From NCBI GenBank assembly GCA_026003335.1, contig BPHB01000001.1, forward strand, positions 640,591-704,590: a DNA stretch of 64,000 nucleotides, written 5' to 3'. The notes under the pieces were generated by a model. It searched no databases and was not told the origin of the DNA. It saw nothing but the letters and a program-made list of their open reading frames with translations. Origin of the DNA: Chitinophagales bacterium. Its GTDB lineage: Bacteria > Bacteroidota > Bacteroidia > Chitinophagales > CAIOSU01. Made by a program: the position numbers and the translations under genes. Positions within the stretch are counted from its first letter, which is position 1. Each line of letters opens with the position of its first letter. Shown here piece after piece: positions 29,000 to 39,187 of this stretch.

Positions 29000-30082
29000 A
29001 TGACACAGGTTTTCAGCGGACTTTATTTTGACGGCAGCCATGCAGGACCTCAAAAGGCAGAGATAATTATCAGAAACGGACGGCTTGAGATTACCCTGCC
29101 TGAAAAGGGTCTGAAAAAAACTTTTTCCGCCCCTGACCTTTCGGGTTATGAGCTTGCAGCAAAAGATCGCATCATCATACGGGCAAAAGGCTATCCGCAG
29201 CAGCTTCTGGATATCCGTTCTTCTGCCTGTATAGATTTGTTTAGACAGCACTTTCCGCATGTGCGTGAAGCCTCCGGACCGCTGCAACGCATTTTTCAGT
29301 CCGGCTACTCTGGGCTGCTTTTTTTGCTTCTGTTCGTGGCAGGAATGCTTACAGCTTTTTATGTGTATGGTATACCTTACCTTGGTGATATTGCCGCGCG
29401 GCTGTTTCCGGTGGCATATGAAAAACAGCTTGGAGAGTCTCTCTATGGGCAAATGATCCGGCAATATACTGTTGACAGTACACAAACCCAACTGGCAAAT
29501 GAGCTGGCCAAAGAGATAGATTTTCAGTCAGATTATGAAATGCGGTTTACTGTTGTTACGCATGACCAGAAAAATGCCTTTGCCCTGCCAGGCGGGCACA
29601 TCGTGATTTTCTCCGGCATTTTGTATATCATGGAAGACTACACCGAACTGGCAGGCCTTATGGCACACGAAGCGGCTCATGTCCATCAACGCCATACCTT
29701 GCGTGTACTGTTTCGGAGTTTATCCAGTTATATTTTAATCTCTTTAATCTTTAATGATATCACTGGCATCATCGTTGACAACGTGCACACACTCCGCAAA
29801 CTTGCTTTTTCTCGCAGCTTTGAACGTGAAGCTGACCTGGAAGGCTTAAGAATATTAGCCCATAACCACATTGATCCGGAGGGCATGCTTCGTTTGTTTG
29901 AGCACCTCATGGAAGCAACCCCTGCGGGTAGCGAACCGGAATTTCTTCGCACCCATCCGCTTACCCGCCACAGAATACAATATCTGCAAGAGGCTATCAG
30001 GCAAGGTGCATACCCACCCAAAAGCTCCACCCGTATGCAGGAGATATGGGAACGCATGCAGGCATCCCTCCGGCAGCAATAG
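29000..30082 (+). CDS. M48 family zinc metallopeptidase with N-terminal cytoplasmic domain and TM anchor
   Basis: HExxH in MAHEAAHVHQRH plus the downstream EREADLEG. A TM segment (LLFLLLFVAGMLTAFYVYG) precedes the peptidase domain. Confidence 0.8.
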   Translation: MTQVFSGLYFDGSHAGPQKAEIIIRNGRLEITLPEKGLKKTFSAPDLSGYELAAKDRIIIRAKGYPQQLLDIRSSACIDLFRQHFPHVREASGPLQRIFQSGYSGLLFLLLFVAGMLTAFYVYGIPYLGDIAARLFPVAYEKQLGESLYGQMIRQYTVDSTQTQLANELAKEIDFQSDYEMRFTVVTHDQKNAFALPGGHIVIFSGILYIMEDYTELAGLMAHEAAHVHQRHTLRVLFRSLSSYILISLIFNDITGIIVDNVHTLRKLAFSRSFEREADLEGLRILAHNHIDPEGMLRLFEHLMEATPAGSEPEFLRTHPLTRHRIQYLQEAIRQGAYPPKSSTRMQEIWERMQASLRQQ

Positions 30083-30094
30083 AGTGCTGCTGTG

Positions 30095-31702
30095 TCAATC
30101 TTTCTTTACCTTTCTTAAATCAAGCAGATTCATGGGATTGGGCTCCATGCCGTGAATGTTTTGATGCACAAAGCGCACCACTTCATCATAATAAAGCGGT
30201 ATGACCACGGCTTCCTGCATGAGGAGGTTATCCATTTGTCTGTATAGTTCAAAACGGAGAGAGTCTTCGTTTTCATTGAGCGCCCTGACATAGAGGCTGT
30301 CAAACTGCGCATTGCGAAAACGGGTGTAGTTAGGCGGAGCACCATGTCCACTGTAAAACATAGCCAGATAGCTCTCTGCATCCGGATAGTCAGCAATCCA
30401 GGAGCCTCTGAAAAAAGGCGCCTGTCCCCGTGCCATGAGTTCGCGTTGAAAAGCAGGAAGCACAATTTCCAGCTTCAGACGTATGCCTAACTCCTCCAAC
30501 TGCTTTTGAATAAAAGTAGCTATATCCTCATAAGACTTGCTCGTATAAAGAGATAATACGGGCAACCCTTTACCTCCGGGAAATCCGGCCTTTGCCAGTA
30601 AAGCAGCTGCCGTCTGAGGTTGAAATGTATATCCCTGTACTTTCTCTTCGCTGAATGAAGGCAACCCATAAGGCACTATGCCGGCTGTGGCCGGGCGACC
30701 AATATTATTTCTCAAGTAACGAATGATAGCTGCACGGTCAAAGCCATAACCAATGGCCTGTCTTACTTCCCGAATACTCAAAGGATTGAGCAAACCGGAT
30801 TCTGGATCCTGCATCAGGATGCCCAGATATTCGGTGTTGAGGTATGGGGTTTTATACATTTTCAGTGTAGCCGACAGTTCAGGCCGCAGCTGTCCCTCGG
30901 GTGTCAGTAAATCATTAATATAGGAAGCATCTACTCCGGAAAGAAAATCCAGCTCACCCTGCATGAAGTGCAGATATTCGGTTTGTTTGCTTTGGATAAA
31001 GCTCACCTTTACCCCATCCAGATACGGAAGTCCTTCTTCATAGTAATGCTCATTTTTCGTCAGAATAAGCACATTTCCTTCCTGCCATACCTTGAAGCGG
31101 AACGGTCCTGTCCCAACCGGATGCATGCGAAAATCTTTGCCGAAATGTTCCACTATCTCGCGAGGCACCACGAAAGTGTATTGCATCGTCAGTATGCTGA
31201 GCAACGGACGAAAGGGCTTCTTCAACCGGATGACAACAGTAGAGTCGTTTACCGCAGTAAAAGGCGAAAGCGTATCCACCCGGTCATGAAATATCCAGCT
31301 GCCCGGAGATGCCGTAACGGGGTCCACAAGGCGATGAAGCGTATACACTACATCATCGGCTATCATTTTTCTTTTTTTGCCTTGAAACAAAGGATGATCA
31401 TGAAAAAACACATCCTGTCTTAAATAGAAAGTGTAAGTCAAGCCATCATCGCTGATAGTCCAGCTTCTGGCCAGGTCTGGCTGAATACGCAAATGTGCAT
31501 CAAACCGCAACAAGCCACTGTAAATCTGATTCACTGCCCAGATATTAGCCTGATCTCTGGCAAACGCCGGATCCAAGGAAGTGATGCCTGAGGAAGAATT
31601 GTAGCGGAACACTTTCAGCGCCTTATCTCCCTGACGGGTGCCACATCCGGAGAGTATGCTCAGGGTAACTGCTGAAAAGAAAAAAAACCTGCCCAGGTAC
31701 AT
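30095..31702 (-). CDS. ABC transporter substrate-binding lipoprotein (family 5, peptide/nickel type)
   Basis: A start at 31702 gives MYLGRFFFFSAVTLSILSGC, a lipoprotein signal. The body matches SBP_bac_5-type proteins (LDPAFARDQANIWAVNQIYSGLL). The track start at 31762 was rejected. Confidence 0.8.
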   Translation of the reverse strand: MYLGRFFFFSAVTLSILSGCGTRQGDKALKVFRYNSSSGITSLDPAFARDQANIWAVNQIYSGLLRFDAHLRIQPDLARSWTISDDGLTYTFYLRQDVFFHDHPLFQGKKRKMIADDVVYTLHRLVDPVTASPGSWIFHDRVDTLSPFTAVNDSTVVIRLKKPFRPLLSILTMQYTFVVPREIVEHFGKDFRMHPVGTGPFRFKVWQEGNVLILTKNEHYYEEGLPYLDGVKVSFIQSKQTEYLHFMQGELDFLSGVDASYINDLLTPEGQLRPELSATLKMYKTPYLNTEYLGILMQDPESGLLNPLSIREVRQAIGYGFDRAAIIRYLRNNIGRPATAGIVPYGLPSFSEEKVQGYTFQPQTAAALLAKAGFPGGKGLPVLSLYTSKSYEDIATFIQKQLEELGIRLKLEIVLPAFQRELMARGQAPFFRGSWIADYPDAESYLAMFYSGHGAPPNYTRFRNAQFDSLYVRALNENEDSLRFELYRQMDNLLMQEAVVIPLYYDEVVRFVHQNIHGMEPNPMNLLDLRKVKKD

Positions 31703-31867
31703 GACTTCGCAAGTGGTAAAAGTATTCTCAGTACTTTTTATGCGACAAATGATTTTCAACAAGTTATTGTGTATAAGTAAGAAGGTTTCCTGCAGAGGAA
31801 TGAGGTAATAATTGTATTTTTAAGCCGCTTAAATATTCACCTTTCAACACCACCACGAATTCAAAAA

Positions 31868-32677
31868 ATGGGCAAAATAGTTACGATAGCCAATCAAAAA
31901 GGCGGCACCGGCAAAACAACCTCAGCCATTAACCTGGCAGCCAGTCTGGCAGTGCTGGAATATAAAACCTTGCTTATTGATGCAGACCCCCAGGCCAACG
32001 CTACCTCCGGTACCGGTTTTGACCCCAAGAACGTCAGTCTGAGCCTGTATGAATGCCTCATCAATCAGGCCAAACCGCAGGAAGCCATTGTGGCCACGGA
32101 AACGCCCAATCTGTTTTTATTACCTTCCCGTACCGACCTTGTAGGTGCTGAAATTGAACTCCTCAATATTCCGCAGCGGGAGAAAGTACTAAAGTCTGTT
32201 GTAGAACAAATTCGGAATGACTATACCTTCATTATCATTGACCTGCTGCCCTCACTGGGATTAATTACGGTAAATGCCCTCACGGCTGCAGACTCTGTTA
32301 TTATACCCGTTCAATGTGAATACTTTGCCCTGGAAGGACTCGGCAAACTGCTTAATACCATTAAGATTGTGCAGAAACGTCTCAACCCTGATCTGTTGAT
32401 AGAGGGTATTCTGCTAACCATGTTTGACGTGCGGTTGCGTCTTTCCAATCAGGTAGCAAATGAAGTGAAACGCCATTTTGGTGAGCTGGTTTTTGACACC
32501 ATCATCCACCGTAACACCCGTCTTGCCGAAGCACCCAGCACCGGAAAGCCGGCTATCCTGTATGATGCCGAAAGTTCGGGTGCTGTGAATTATATGAATC
32601 TGGCCAAAGAATTTCTCCAAAGAAACCATAAGGCCACAACAGATACTTCTGAAAAAGTACTGGAAGCAGCATCATGA
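31868..32677 (+). CDS. parA: chromosome partitioning ATPase ParA/Soj
   Basis: Deviant Walker A box [18 protein letters not shown]. The 269-aa length fits, and the gene is followed by parB with a 4-nt overlap. Confidence 0.95.
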   Translation: MGKIVTIANQKGGTGKTTSAINLAASLAVLEYKTLLIDADPQANATSGTGFDPKNVSLSLYECLINQAKPQEAIVATETPNLFLLPSRTDLVGAEIELLNIPQREKVLKSVVEQIRNDYTFIIIDLLPSLGLITVNALTAADSVIIPVQCEYFALEGLGKLLNTIKIVQKRLNPDLLIEGILLTMFDVRLRLSNQVANEVKRHFGELVFDTIIHRNTRLAEAPSTGKPAILYDAESSGAVNYMNLAKEFLQRNHKATTDTSEKVLEAAS

Positions 32678-33576
32678 CGAAAAATAAAAAAGAAGATTTT
32701 GGGAAAGGCATCAAAGCTCTTCTTGATCATATAGAAGATGAATTTGAAATTACCACCACCCCGCAGCAAGGGCGGAGAAAACCGGGTGTGGACAGTTCGG
32801 CATATATCCCTCTTGCAGCCATTGAGGTGAATCCCTTCCAGCCAAGGGCCGATTTTAAAGAGGAAAGCCTGCAGGAACTGGTGGACTCTATCAAAGTGCA
32901 CGGAGTTATACAGCCCATCACCGTGCGAATGCTTGAAAACGGGCGCTATCAACTCATTTCCGGAGAAAGAAGGTTGCGTGCATCCAAAATGGCCGGCCTG
33001 AAAGAAATACCCGCCTTCATCCGTGAGGCCAATGACCAGGAAATGCTGGAGCTGGCGCTCATAGAAAATATTCAGCGCGAAGATCTTAACGCTGTTGAAA
33101 TAGCCATTACCTACAAGCGGCTGCTGGACGAATGCAACCTGACTCAGGAAGCGCTGGCATCACGTCTGGGCAAAAACAGGGCTACCATCACCAATTACCT
33201 ACGGCTGCTTAAGCTTCCTCCTGATATCCAAAAAGCTATTAAGGAACGCCAGCTGGATATGGGACATGCCCGTGCCATCATCAGCGTGGAAGATCCTGTA
33301 TTGCAGCTGCTGATCTTTAAGGAAACTATCAACAAGGGTCTCTCCGTAAGGCAGGTGGAAACCCTGGTCAGGAAATACAATCAACCTAAGCTGAAAAAGT
33401 CTTCACAACCTAATAGGGCTCTACCGCTTGCCTACCAGCGTATTCAGGACGAATTATCTTCCCGCCTGTCTACCAGAGTGCAGGTGAAAAAAAATAAAGG
33501 CGAAAGCGGAGAAATCATTATCCACTTTTATTCGGATGACGATCTGGAACGTATCCTGGAAGCAATGTCAGGATAA
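32674..33576 (+). CDS. parB: chromosome partitioning protein ParB/Spo0J
   Basis: ParB box GERRLRASK, plus [11 protein letters not shown] and an HTH segment ([23 protein letters not shown]). Confidence 0.95.
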   Translation: MTKNKKEDFGKGIKALLDHIEDEFEITTTPQQGRRKPGVDSSAYIPLAAIEVNPFQPRADFKEESLQELVDSIKVHGVIQPITVRMLENGRYQLISGERRLRASKMAGLKEIPAFIREANDQEMLELALIENIQREDLNAVEIAITYKRLLDECNLTQEALASRLGKNRATITNYLRLLKLPPDIQKAIKERQLDMGHARAIISVEDPVLQLLIFKETINKGLSVRQVETLVRKYNQPKLKKSSQPNRALPLAYQRIQDELSSRLSTRVQVKKNKGESGEIIIHFYSDDDLERILEAMSG

Positions 33577-33676
33577 GCCCCCAAACGGAGTAATGCATTG
33601 CCTGGAAAACTTTTTCTTGACAAAGCCGGAATTTTACCTTACATTCAGTTTTGCAAGTTTTCTCGCTTCGGAAAAG

Positions 33677-33709
33677 GGCCTGCCGCTCAATGGCAGGCTC
33701 TTTTTTATT
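33677..33709 (+). terminator. rho-independent terminator downstream of parB
   Basis: Stem gcctgcc (33678-33684), loop gctcaat, stem ggcaggc (33692-33698), then tcttttttatt. Confidence 0.7.
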
Positions 33710-33757
33710 ATACCCGGTTTGTCCTTTAAATAAAACTGCTTAAACCACCTTACCCGC

Positions 33758-34432
33758 ATGAATATCCCTATACAGGAGCATCATATTCCCGTAATGCGCA
33801 CCGCTCGTTATTGCACACTGGGCATCCCCTCTGCATCCACGCATACAGTATGGTTTGCCTGCCATGGATATGGTCAGCTTGCCGCTGATTTTATCCAGCA
33901 GTTGAAGCCTTTGCATGATGAAAAAACATGGATTGTAGCCCCGGAAGGATTATCCCGTTTTTATGTGAAAGGTTTTTTTGGAAAAACCGGTGCCAGCTGG
34001 ATGACACGGGAAGACCGTCTGCATGAAATCAGCGATTATCTCAATTATCTGGAAAAGCTGCGGGAACACATCCTTGGGCAAAGCTCTTCTTCCGTGCAAC
34101 TAAAAATACTTGGTTTTTCTCAAGGGGTTTCCACGGTTTGCCGTTGGGTTACGCTCAGAAATCCGAGGCCGGCAGCGATATGGCTCTGCAGCGGCAATAT
34201 ACCTGATGACATAGATAAGCATGCATTTCGTTTCGTCACACAAAGCTGTCCGGTACATCTGCTTGTTGGAAAAAAAGATCCCCTTATCAGACAAACAGAC
34301 CTGGAAACAGCATTAAACCACATTGAACAGCATCAATGGAACATACAGGTAACCGTTTTTGAAGGAGCCCATGAGGTGAATGCGGCCCTGATAAAGATTC
34401 AGGACCAGCAAAACCATCTTGCCGGCAGATAG
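33758..34432 (+). CDS. alpha/beta hydrolase (phospholipase/carboxylesterase family)
   Basis: Nucleophile elbow GFSQGV and a C-terminal His in FEGAHEV. The 224-aa length fits this family. Confidence 0.75.
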   Translation: MNIPIQEHHIPVMRTARYCTLGIPSASTHTVWFACHGYGQLAADFIQQLKPLHDEKTWIVAPEGLSRFYVKGFFGKTGASWMTREDRLHEISDYLNYLEKLREHILGQSSSSVQLKILGFSQGVSTVCRWVTLRNPRPAAIWLCSGNIPDDIDKHAFRFVTQSCPVHLLVGKKDPLIRQTDLETALNHIEQHQWNIQVTVFEGAHEVNAALIKIQDQQNHLAGR

Positions 34433-34492
34433 CCTCTGTTTATATGGACAAAAACGGAACTCACAAAAGGCAGTGATAATAAGGGTATTGTA

Positions 34493-34533
34493 TTAAAAAA
34501 TTAAAGCCCCGAACCTGATAGATCCGGGGCTTT
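34493..34533. terminator. bidirectional hairpin terminator between convergent genes
   Basis: Stem aaagccccg (34503-34511) pairs with cggggcttt (34525-34533). An A-run upstream gives a T-run on the minus strand, so it fits best as the terminator of the minus-strand esterase gene. Confidence 0.7.
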
Positions 34534-34552
34534 ATGTCTATGCAGCACAAAC

Positions 34553-36127
34553 CTATTCAAAAATAATCCTGCGGGTCACCGTACTGCCGTTTTCCAGAGT
34601 AACCGTGAGGAAATATACCCCGGCATCCAATCCATTACGTTTTACCGTTACCACGGTAGTAGAGTCCACCTGAATGTTACGAATAACTTTTCCCGTTGCA
34701 TCCAGCATTTTGATATTTCTGATATCAAATCTGCCGGTTAATACCTGCACTTTGAATTCATCTAATGCCGGAACCGGATACACATCCACAACTGCCTGGC
34801 TGAGGTAGCTATTGTAGATACCGCTGGAGCAGTTCACCGGAGGATCATCACGGTCAGGAGTCTCAACCGCTGCGCTATCCACCATGGCAAAAGCCCCCAG
34901 TGCCCGGGGAGCAAAATAATTCATGATGGTGTCAATATAGCGTTCAGCCTTTTCCCGGGTAGCGTAAGGATTAGCTGCTGAGCCATATCCTGAATAAGGG
35001 GGCGGGAAGGTGCTGGAGGGATTGTCATCATCAATGATTTTGGTTAAAGAGGAATCGTACCAGGCCCATGGTTCATAACCGTTAAGCTGCCCTGGGAAGC
35101 CCAGCAGACCTTCATAGGGGGAACGCGCTCTGGCTGTATCCGTGTAGGGGTCACTGAGATTCAGGTCATAAAACACCTGATGGTTGCCCAAAGCCACGGC
35201 ATAGCGGGTTAAATCATGGCTGCCGCTTACTTCAACTACAGGGTTTCCGGTAGCAGAAACAATAACTACCGCAGTGCGGTACGGTGTAAGAGGATCTGCC
35301 ATGCCATGCAAGGATACAATCGGGGGCTCGCCTGGTTCCTGCCAGGTGGTATCACCAATAGCACCACCCAGATTCAGGATAACCTGTACTTTGGAAGAAT
35401 AGCCGGGATTATTCAGGGGAGCATTAATACCTATACAACCGCCTTCTCCGTCAAATCCTCCCGTCACCAGAGTATCAATTACGGATTTACCGGTTGACGG
35501 ATTCAGGAATTTCAGGAGTGTAAGCTCACTGGGTTTATTCAGAGCACCCAAGGCAAGAGAAACATAACCTCCGGAATTGGAGCCTCCCACAGCTACCCGG
35601 TACGGATCAATCCGGAAGGTGTTAGTCGTTGCTGCATCCTTGCGAAAATAGCGCACACAGGCTTTCAGATCCTGCATGGCACGATACACCGCATTGATGA
35701 TGGTGCTTTTTCTGGTAATTTCATCTCCGAGCGGATTCCAGCCAATGCGGTAATTCATAGAAACAGCCACCCATCCACGTTTGGCAAATTGCGTGCACAT
35801 TTCAATGAGAGCACTGTCATCTTTTGCCCCGAACGGCAGAAAGGCATCTTTAGGCAGAAAGCTGCCCGCATGCGTCAATATAATCAATGGCCTTTTTTCT
35901 TCGTAATAGGGATTACCCATCGTATCTCCCACCGGCTCATAGACATCCATCAGCAGATCCACCAGCGTGGGCGTTCCGGTAAGTACAGAATAATTTTCTG
36001 CATACTTTACATCGTAAGTAATATTCACATCTGTGAATACTTCATCCAGATAGCGCTGTTGTGCGTATGCTCCACTCCAACACCACAGCGCCAGGGCCAA
36101 AACAAATAAGCAGATTTTTGATTTCAT
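34553..36127 (-). CDS. secreted alpha/beta-hydrolase esterase with T9SS C-terminal sorting domain (paralog of 18594..19946)
   Basis: Signal peptide present. RYFRKDAATTNTFRIDPYRVAVGGSNSGG parallels the other esterase. The C-terminus VDVYPVPALDEFKVQV...GVYFLTVTLENGSTVTRRIIFE is the sorting domain. Confidence 0.8.
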   Translation of the reverse strand: MKSKICLFVLALALWCWSGAYAQQRYLDEVFTDVNITYDVKYAENYSVLTGTPTLVDLLMDVYEPVGDTMGNPYYEEKRPLIILTHAGSFLPKDAFLPFGAKDDSALIEMCTQFAKRGWVAVSMNYRIGWNPLGDEITRKSTIINAVYRAMQDLKACVRYFRKDAATTNTFRIDPYRVAVGGSNSGGYVSLALGALNKPSELTLLKFLNPSTGKSVIDTLVTGGFDGEGGCIGINAPLNNPGYSSKVQVILNLGGAIGDTTWQEPGEPPIVSLHGMADPLTPYRTAVVIVSATGNPVVEVSGSHDLTRYAVALGNHQVFYDLNLSDPYTDTARARSPYEGLLGFPGQLNGYEPWAWYDSSLTKIIDDDNPSSTFPPPYSGYGSAANPYATREKAERYIDTIMNYFAPRALGAFAMVDSAAVETPDRDDPPVNCSSGIYNSYLSQAVVDVYPVPALDEFKVQVLTGRFDIRNIKMLDATGKVIRNIQVDSTTVVTVKRNGLDAGVYFLTVTLENGSTVTRRIIFE

Positions 36128-36177
36128 GAGTTAAGGGTTTTATTTAGGAATGACGAAATTTAAAAAGAATTTCACAA

Positions 36178-39057
36178 TTACAACTTATCATTTTCAAACA
36201 CCAAAGAAATATAGGCCAGTCTTCCTATGTAGGGTCCACCGTAGGTTTGAAACCGTTTTTTGTTTAAGAGGTTGGTTGCACCGATTTTAATGGTCGTATA
36301 GATGCGAGGAATCCTGTAGTTTATTTGTGCGTCAATCACATCATAGGTGGGAATAAAGCCCGTAAACTGCGGGCTCCCCTCAAAAAGATAACCCTGTATC
36401 CACTTATAGTTGACGTTGAAGCCCCAGTTTTTAATGTACCGATCTTTAATGCGCATGACAATTTCACGGCCCGAAATGCCAATGTTGAATTTATGCTCAG
36501 GTGTATTAAATGCTGGTATGATTTCATCATCCGAGCCCCTTCTGTCCAATACGTTCCAGGCATAGTTGCCCGAAAGAGAGAAATATTTTTTAAAGAAGTA
36601 ATTGACTCCAATGGAGAAACCCTGCGTAGTTACCATATCGGGAGAATTTGCCGAAACCCTGTAGAACTGCGTATAGTTAGGTAGGTTTATCCTGTTGTCA
36701 ATGCGTACCTCGGCACCAATTTTATACCCGAGAAAGTCATTATACCAACTGAAATAATAGCTGGCGTCAATAAACAAACTGTTAAACAGGGTTCCCTTGT
36801 ATCCGATTTCAACGGTCTTAACCTTTTCCGGTCTGACTGGAGGCACACTGAAGTATTCAAAGGAATCGCGATTAAAAGCCACTCCCTTAAAGGCCGCAAA
36901 ATAGGAATCACGTGTTACTAGGCTGTCAATACCATTGATGTTGCCAATGAGAATAGCTCTCCCTACGTTGTAATAAAGATATTGATCCTGTAGCGTGGGG
37001 TTTCGGATAGCCGATGAGAACGAAACCCGAAAAGTGTTTTGTTCATTCAACTTGTATACCATAGAAGCGGCAGGAGAAAACAGATACTTGAAGTTTTGAT
37101 TTTTGTCCATGCGTAAGGCTGCAGTAATAATCAATTTTTTCTTCAGCACCCGTTGCTCCGTGCCCAGATAGATTCCGTATTCATAATTGGTGATTTTATT
37201 GTAGGTTGTATCAAAGCCATTAGCGGTGGGTGTGACAATTGCAGTATCCAGAAAGATAGTGCCCCGGGAATCAGGGGTATAAATCCGGAAACTTGCGCCC
37301 GCTACCAGCTGCATGCCATAGACCGTTGATTTGAGTTCAGGGGTATATTTATATTCACCCTGTATATGCGTCAGCGAGGAGCGGTCATAAAATTTTGAAC
37401 CGCCTTCCAGAAAGGTATTTCGGGAAGTAATCCGGTTAAACACTGAATCAAAAGCCGCAGTGCCCGGCTCCAGGCGAGGCTTGTAGCCAAAGGCCGGGTT
37501 GCCTATACCATCTGCAAAGGCACGGGCTTCCTGATGCCACTTGATCATGGAGTCTGCATAAAGATGCATGATAGAGTCAGCCCAACGGTATGTTTCAAAT
37601 CTGTTTTCACCAAACCAGAGCGCAGTGTACTGTGGATTATTGGGATCAGGAAATCCCGGCAAGGCATATACCTTTTTTCTTATATTTTGCAGATAGTAGC
37701 CGGTATAATCATCACTCCATCTTTGATTAGGTTTAACTGCTTCCTGCAGCTTAAGCGCAGTGAATACCGCATCGTAGGAATCACCGGCATTTTCTTTTGT
37801 ATGATAGGCCCGAATGAAAAACTTATCGGTTTCCCCGATTTCCAGCCGGTGCTGCTGAAAGTTAAAATTCTTCAGGCTGTAACGGTTGTCGCCCTGATAT
37901 ACGGTTGTGCCGCTCCCATAGCTGTAGCTGTATTCTGCTTCAATTTTTTTTGTGATTTTGTAATGGCCTGAAGCACTGAACTTGATATTCCTGGAGTCAT
38001 AGTCCACAAGGTCACGCTCATCATAGCCGGTACGGTGGAAAATTCCCAGTCCGGGGTAATTCAAACGGCCATCATCGGTAGTGAAGTTATTTATTTCATT
38101 GGTGATATTTTCGTCTCCATACACGTTTACCGCGTCATAGCCTCCCCAGTTGTCTTTGCCAACCTGCGAATTCTCCGTAGGGTTTAGATTGGAAGCCTCC
38201 CAGTCATCGGCCCGCATGTAGGCTGCATTGATTTTAAAGGCAAACTTGTCTTCACCCTTTTTGTTTTGAAAAGCCCGCGCATAGCGCAGTCCGGTTTCAA
38301 ACAGAGCACGCTCCCCGGCCTTAACCATCACGCTCAGTCCGCGATGATAAAACGGATTTTTTGAATCCATAATAATAACTCCGTTGAATGCATTTGGCCC
38401 GTAGAACGCTGAACTAGCCCCTACCACAAGCTCTACCTTTTGTACATCCAGTTCCGATACACCTACAAAGTTGCCAAGGGAAAAATTCAGACCGGGAGCT
38501 TGATTATCGGCACCATCTACCAGTTGTAATGACCGCACCGGGCGCGTGCTGTTGAATCCTCTTGTATTTACGATAACAAAGCCCAGGCTTGCTGTGGTTA
38601 AATCTACGCCTTTAAGATGCCCCAGGCCGGCATAAAAGTCCGCTGCCGGTGTTTGTTTAATGGCGCTCAGTCCCATAGACTCCACGGTAAGGGGTGACTC
38701 CTGCAGTTTTTCGGTAATCCGCGTATCGGTTACTTCCACACTCTGAACCATCACCTCGGCACTCTTAAGACGGATGTTTATTTTCTGATTGATATTTTCG
38801 GAAGTGACCAGATATTCCACCGGCTCGTAACCAAGATATGTAATCAGCAACGTAAAAGGAGGTGACTGGTTGACCTCAAACTCAAAACGCCCGTCAAAAT
38901 CGGTCTGCATGCCTGTAGTAGTTCCCTTGACCACTACTGAAGCGCCAAACAAGGGCTCACCCTGAGCATCACGCACCACTCCGGATACCCTCTGTGCTGA
39001 CGCCACAACAGAGCATCCAAGCAGAATTAGCAAGACAACCCACGCTTGTTTCATCAT
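36178..39057 (-). CDS. TonB-dependent outer-membrane receptor with CarboxypepD_reg N-terminal domain
   Basis: A start at ATG 39057 gives MMKQAWVVLLILLGCSVVASAQ. This is followed by VSGVVRDAQGEPLFGASVVVKGTTTGMQTDFDGRFEF (CarboxypepD_reg), a plug region (NTRGFNSTRPVRSLQLVDG) and a long beta-barrel. Confidence 0.85.
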   Translation of the reverse strand: MMKQAWVVLLILLGCSVVASAQRVSGVVRDAQGEPLFGASVVVKGTTTGMQTDFDGRFEFEVNQSPPFTLLITYLGYEPVEYLVTSENINQKINIRLKSAEVMVQSVEVTDTRITEKLQESPLTVESMGLSAIKQTPAADFYAGLGHLKGVDLTTASLGFVIVNTRGFNSTRPVRSLQLVDGADNQAPGLNFSLGNFVGVSELDVQKVELVVGASSAFYGPNAFNGVIIMDSKNPFYHRGLSVMVKAGERALFETGLRYARAFQNKKGEDKFAFKINAAYMRADDWEASNLNPTENSQVGKDNWGGYDAVNVYGDENITNEINNFTTDDGRLNYPGLGIFHRTGYDERDLVDYDSRNIKFSASGHYKITKKIEAEYSYSYGSGTTVYQGDNRYSLKNFNFQQHRLEIGETDKFFIRAYHTKENAGDSYDAVFTALKLQEAVKPNQRWSDDYTGYYLQNIRKKVYALPGFPDPNNPQYTALWFGENRFETYRWADSIMHLYADSMIKWHQEARAFADGIGNPAFGYKPRLEPGTAAFDSVFNRITSRNTFLEGGSKFYDRSSLTHIQGEYKYTPELKSTVYGMQLVAGASFRIYTPDSRGTIFLDTAIVTPTANGFDTTYNKITNYEYGIYLGTEQRVLKKKLIITAALRMDKNQNFKYLFSPAASMVYKLNEQNTFRVSFSSAIRNPTLQDQYLYYNVGRAILIGNINGIDSLVTRDSYFAAFKGVAFNRDSFEYFSVPPVRPEKVKTVEIGYKGTLFNSLFIDASYYFSWYNDFLGYKIGAEVRIDNRINLPNYTQFYRVSANSPDMVTTQGFSIGVNYFFKKYFSLSGNYAWNVLDRRGSDDEIIPAFNTPEHKFNIGISGREIVMRIKDRYIKNWGFNVNYKWIQGYLFEGSPQFTGFIPTYDVIDAQINYRIPRIYTTIKIGATNLLNKKRFQTYGGPYIGRLAYISLVFENDKL

Positions 39058-39187
39058 AGCATTATTACAAGCTGCCAAAGAAAAAAATAATTCTTGAATT
39101 AAAAAAACCTGAACAGTTTGTATAAGAATGTTCTTCTCTTTCCGGATAACAGGCTGAAATTACCGGTTATATTTCTATTTTGGCCCT

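Noticed and set aside
28973-29491. 172-aa minus-strand ORF overlapping the M48 peptidase gene.
   Set aside because: The plus-strand frame carries HExxH and a TM anchor. The minus frame is basic and low-complexity.
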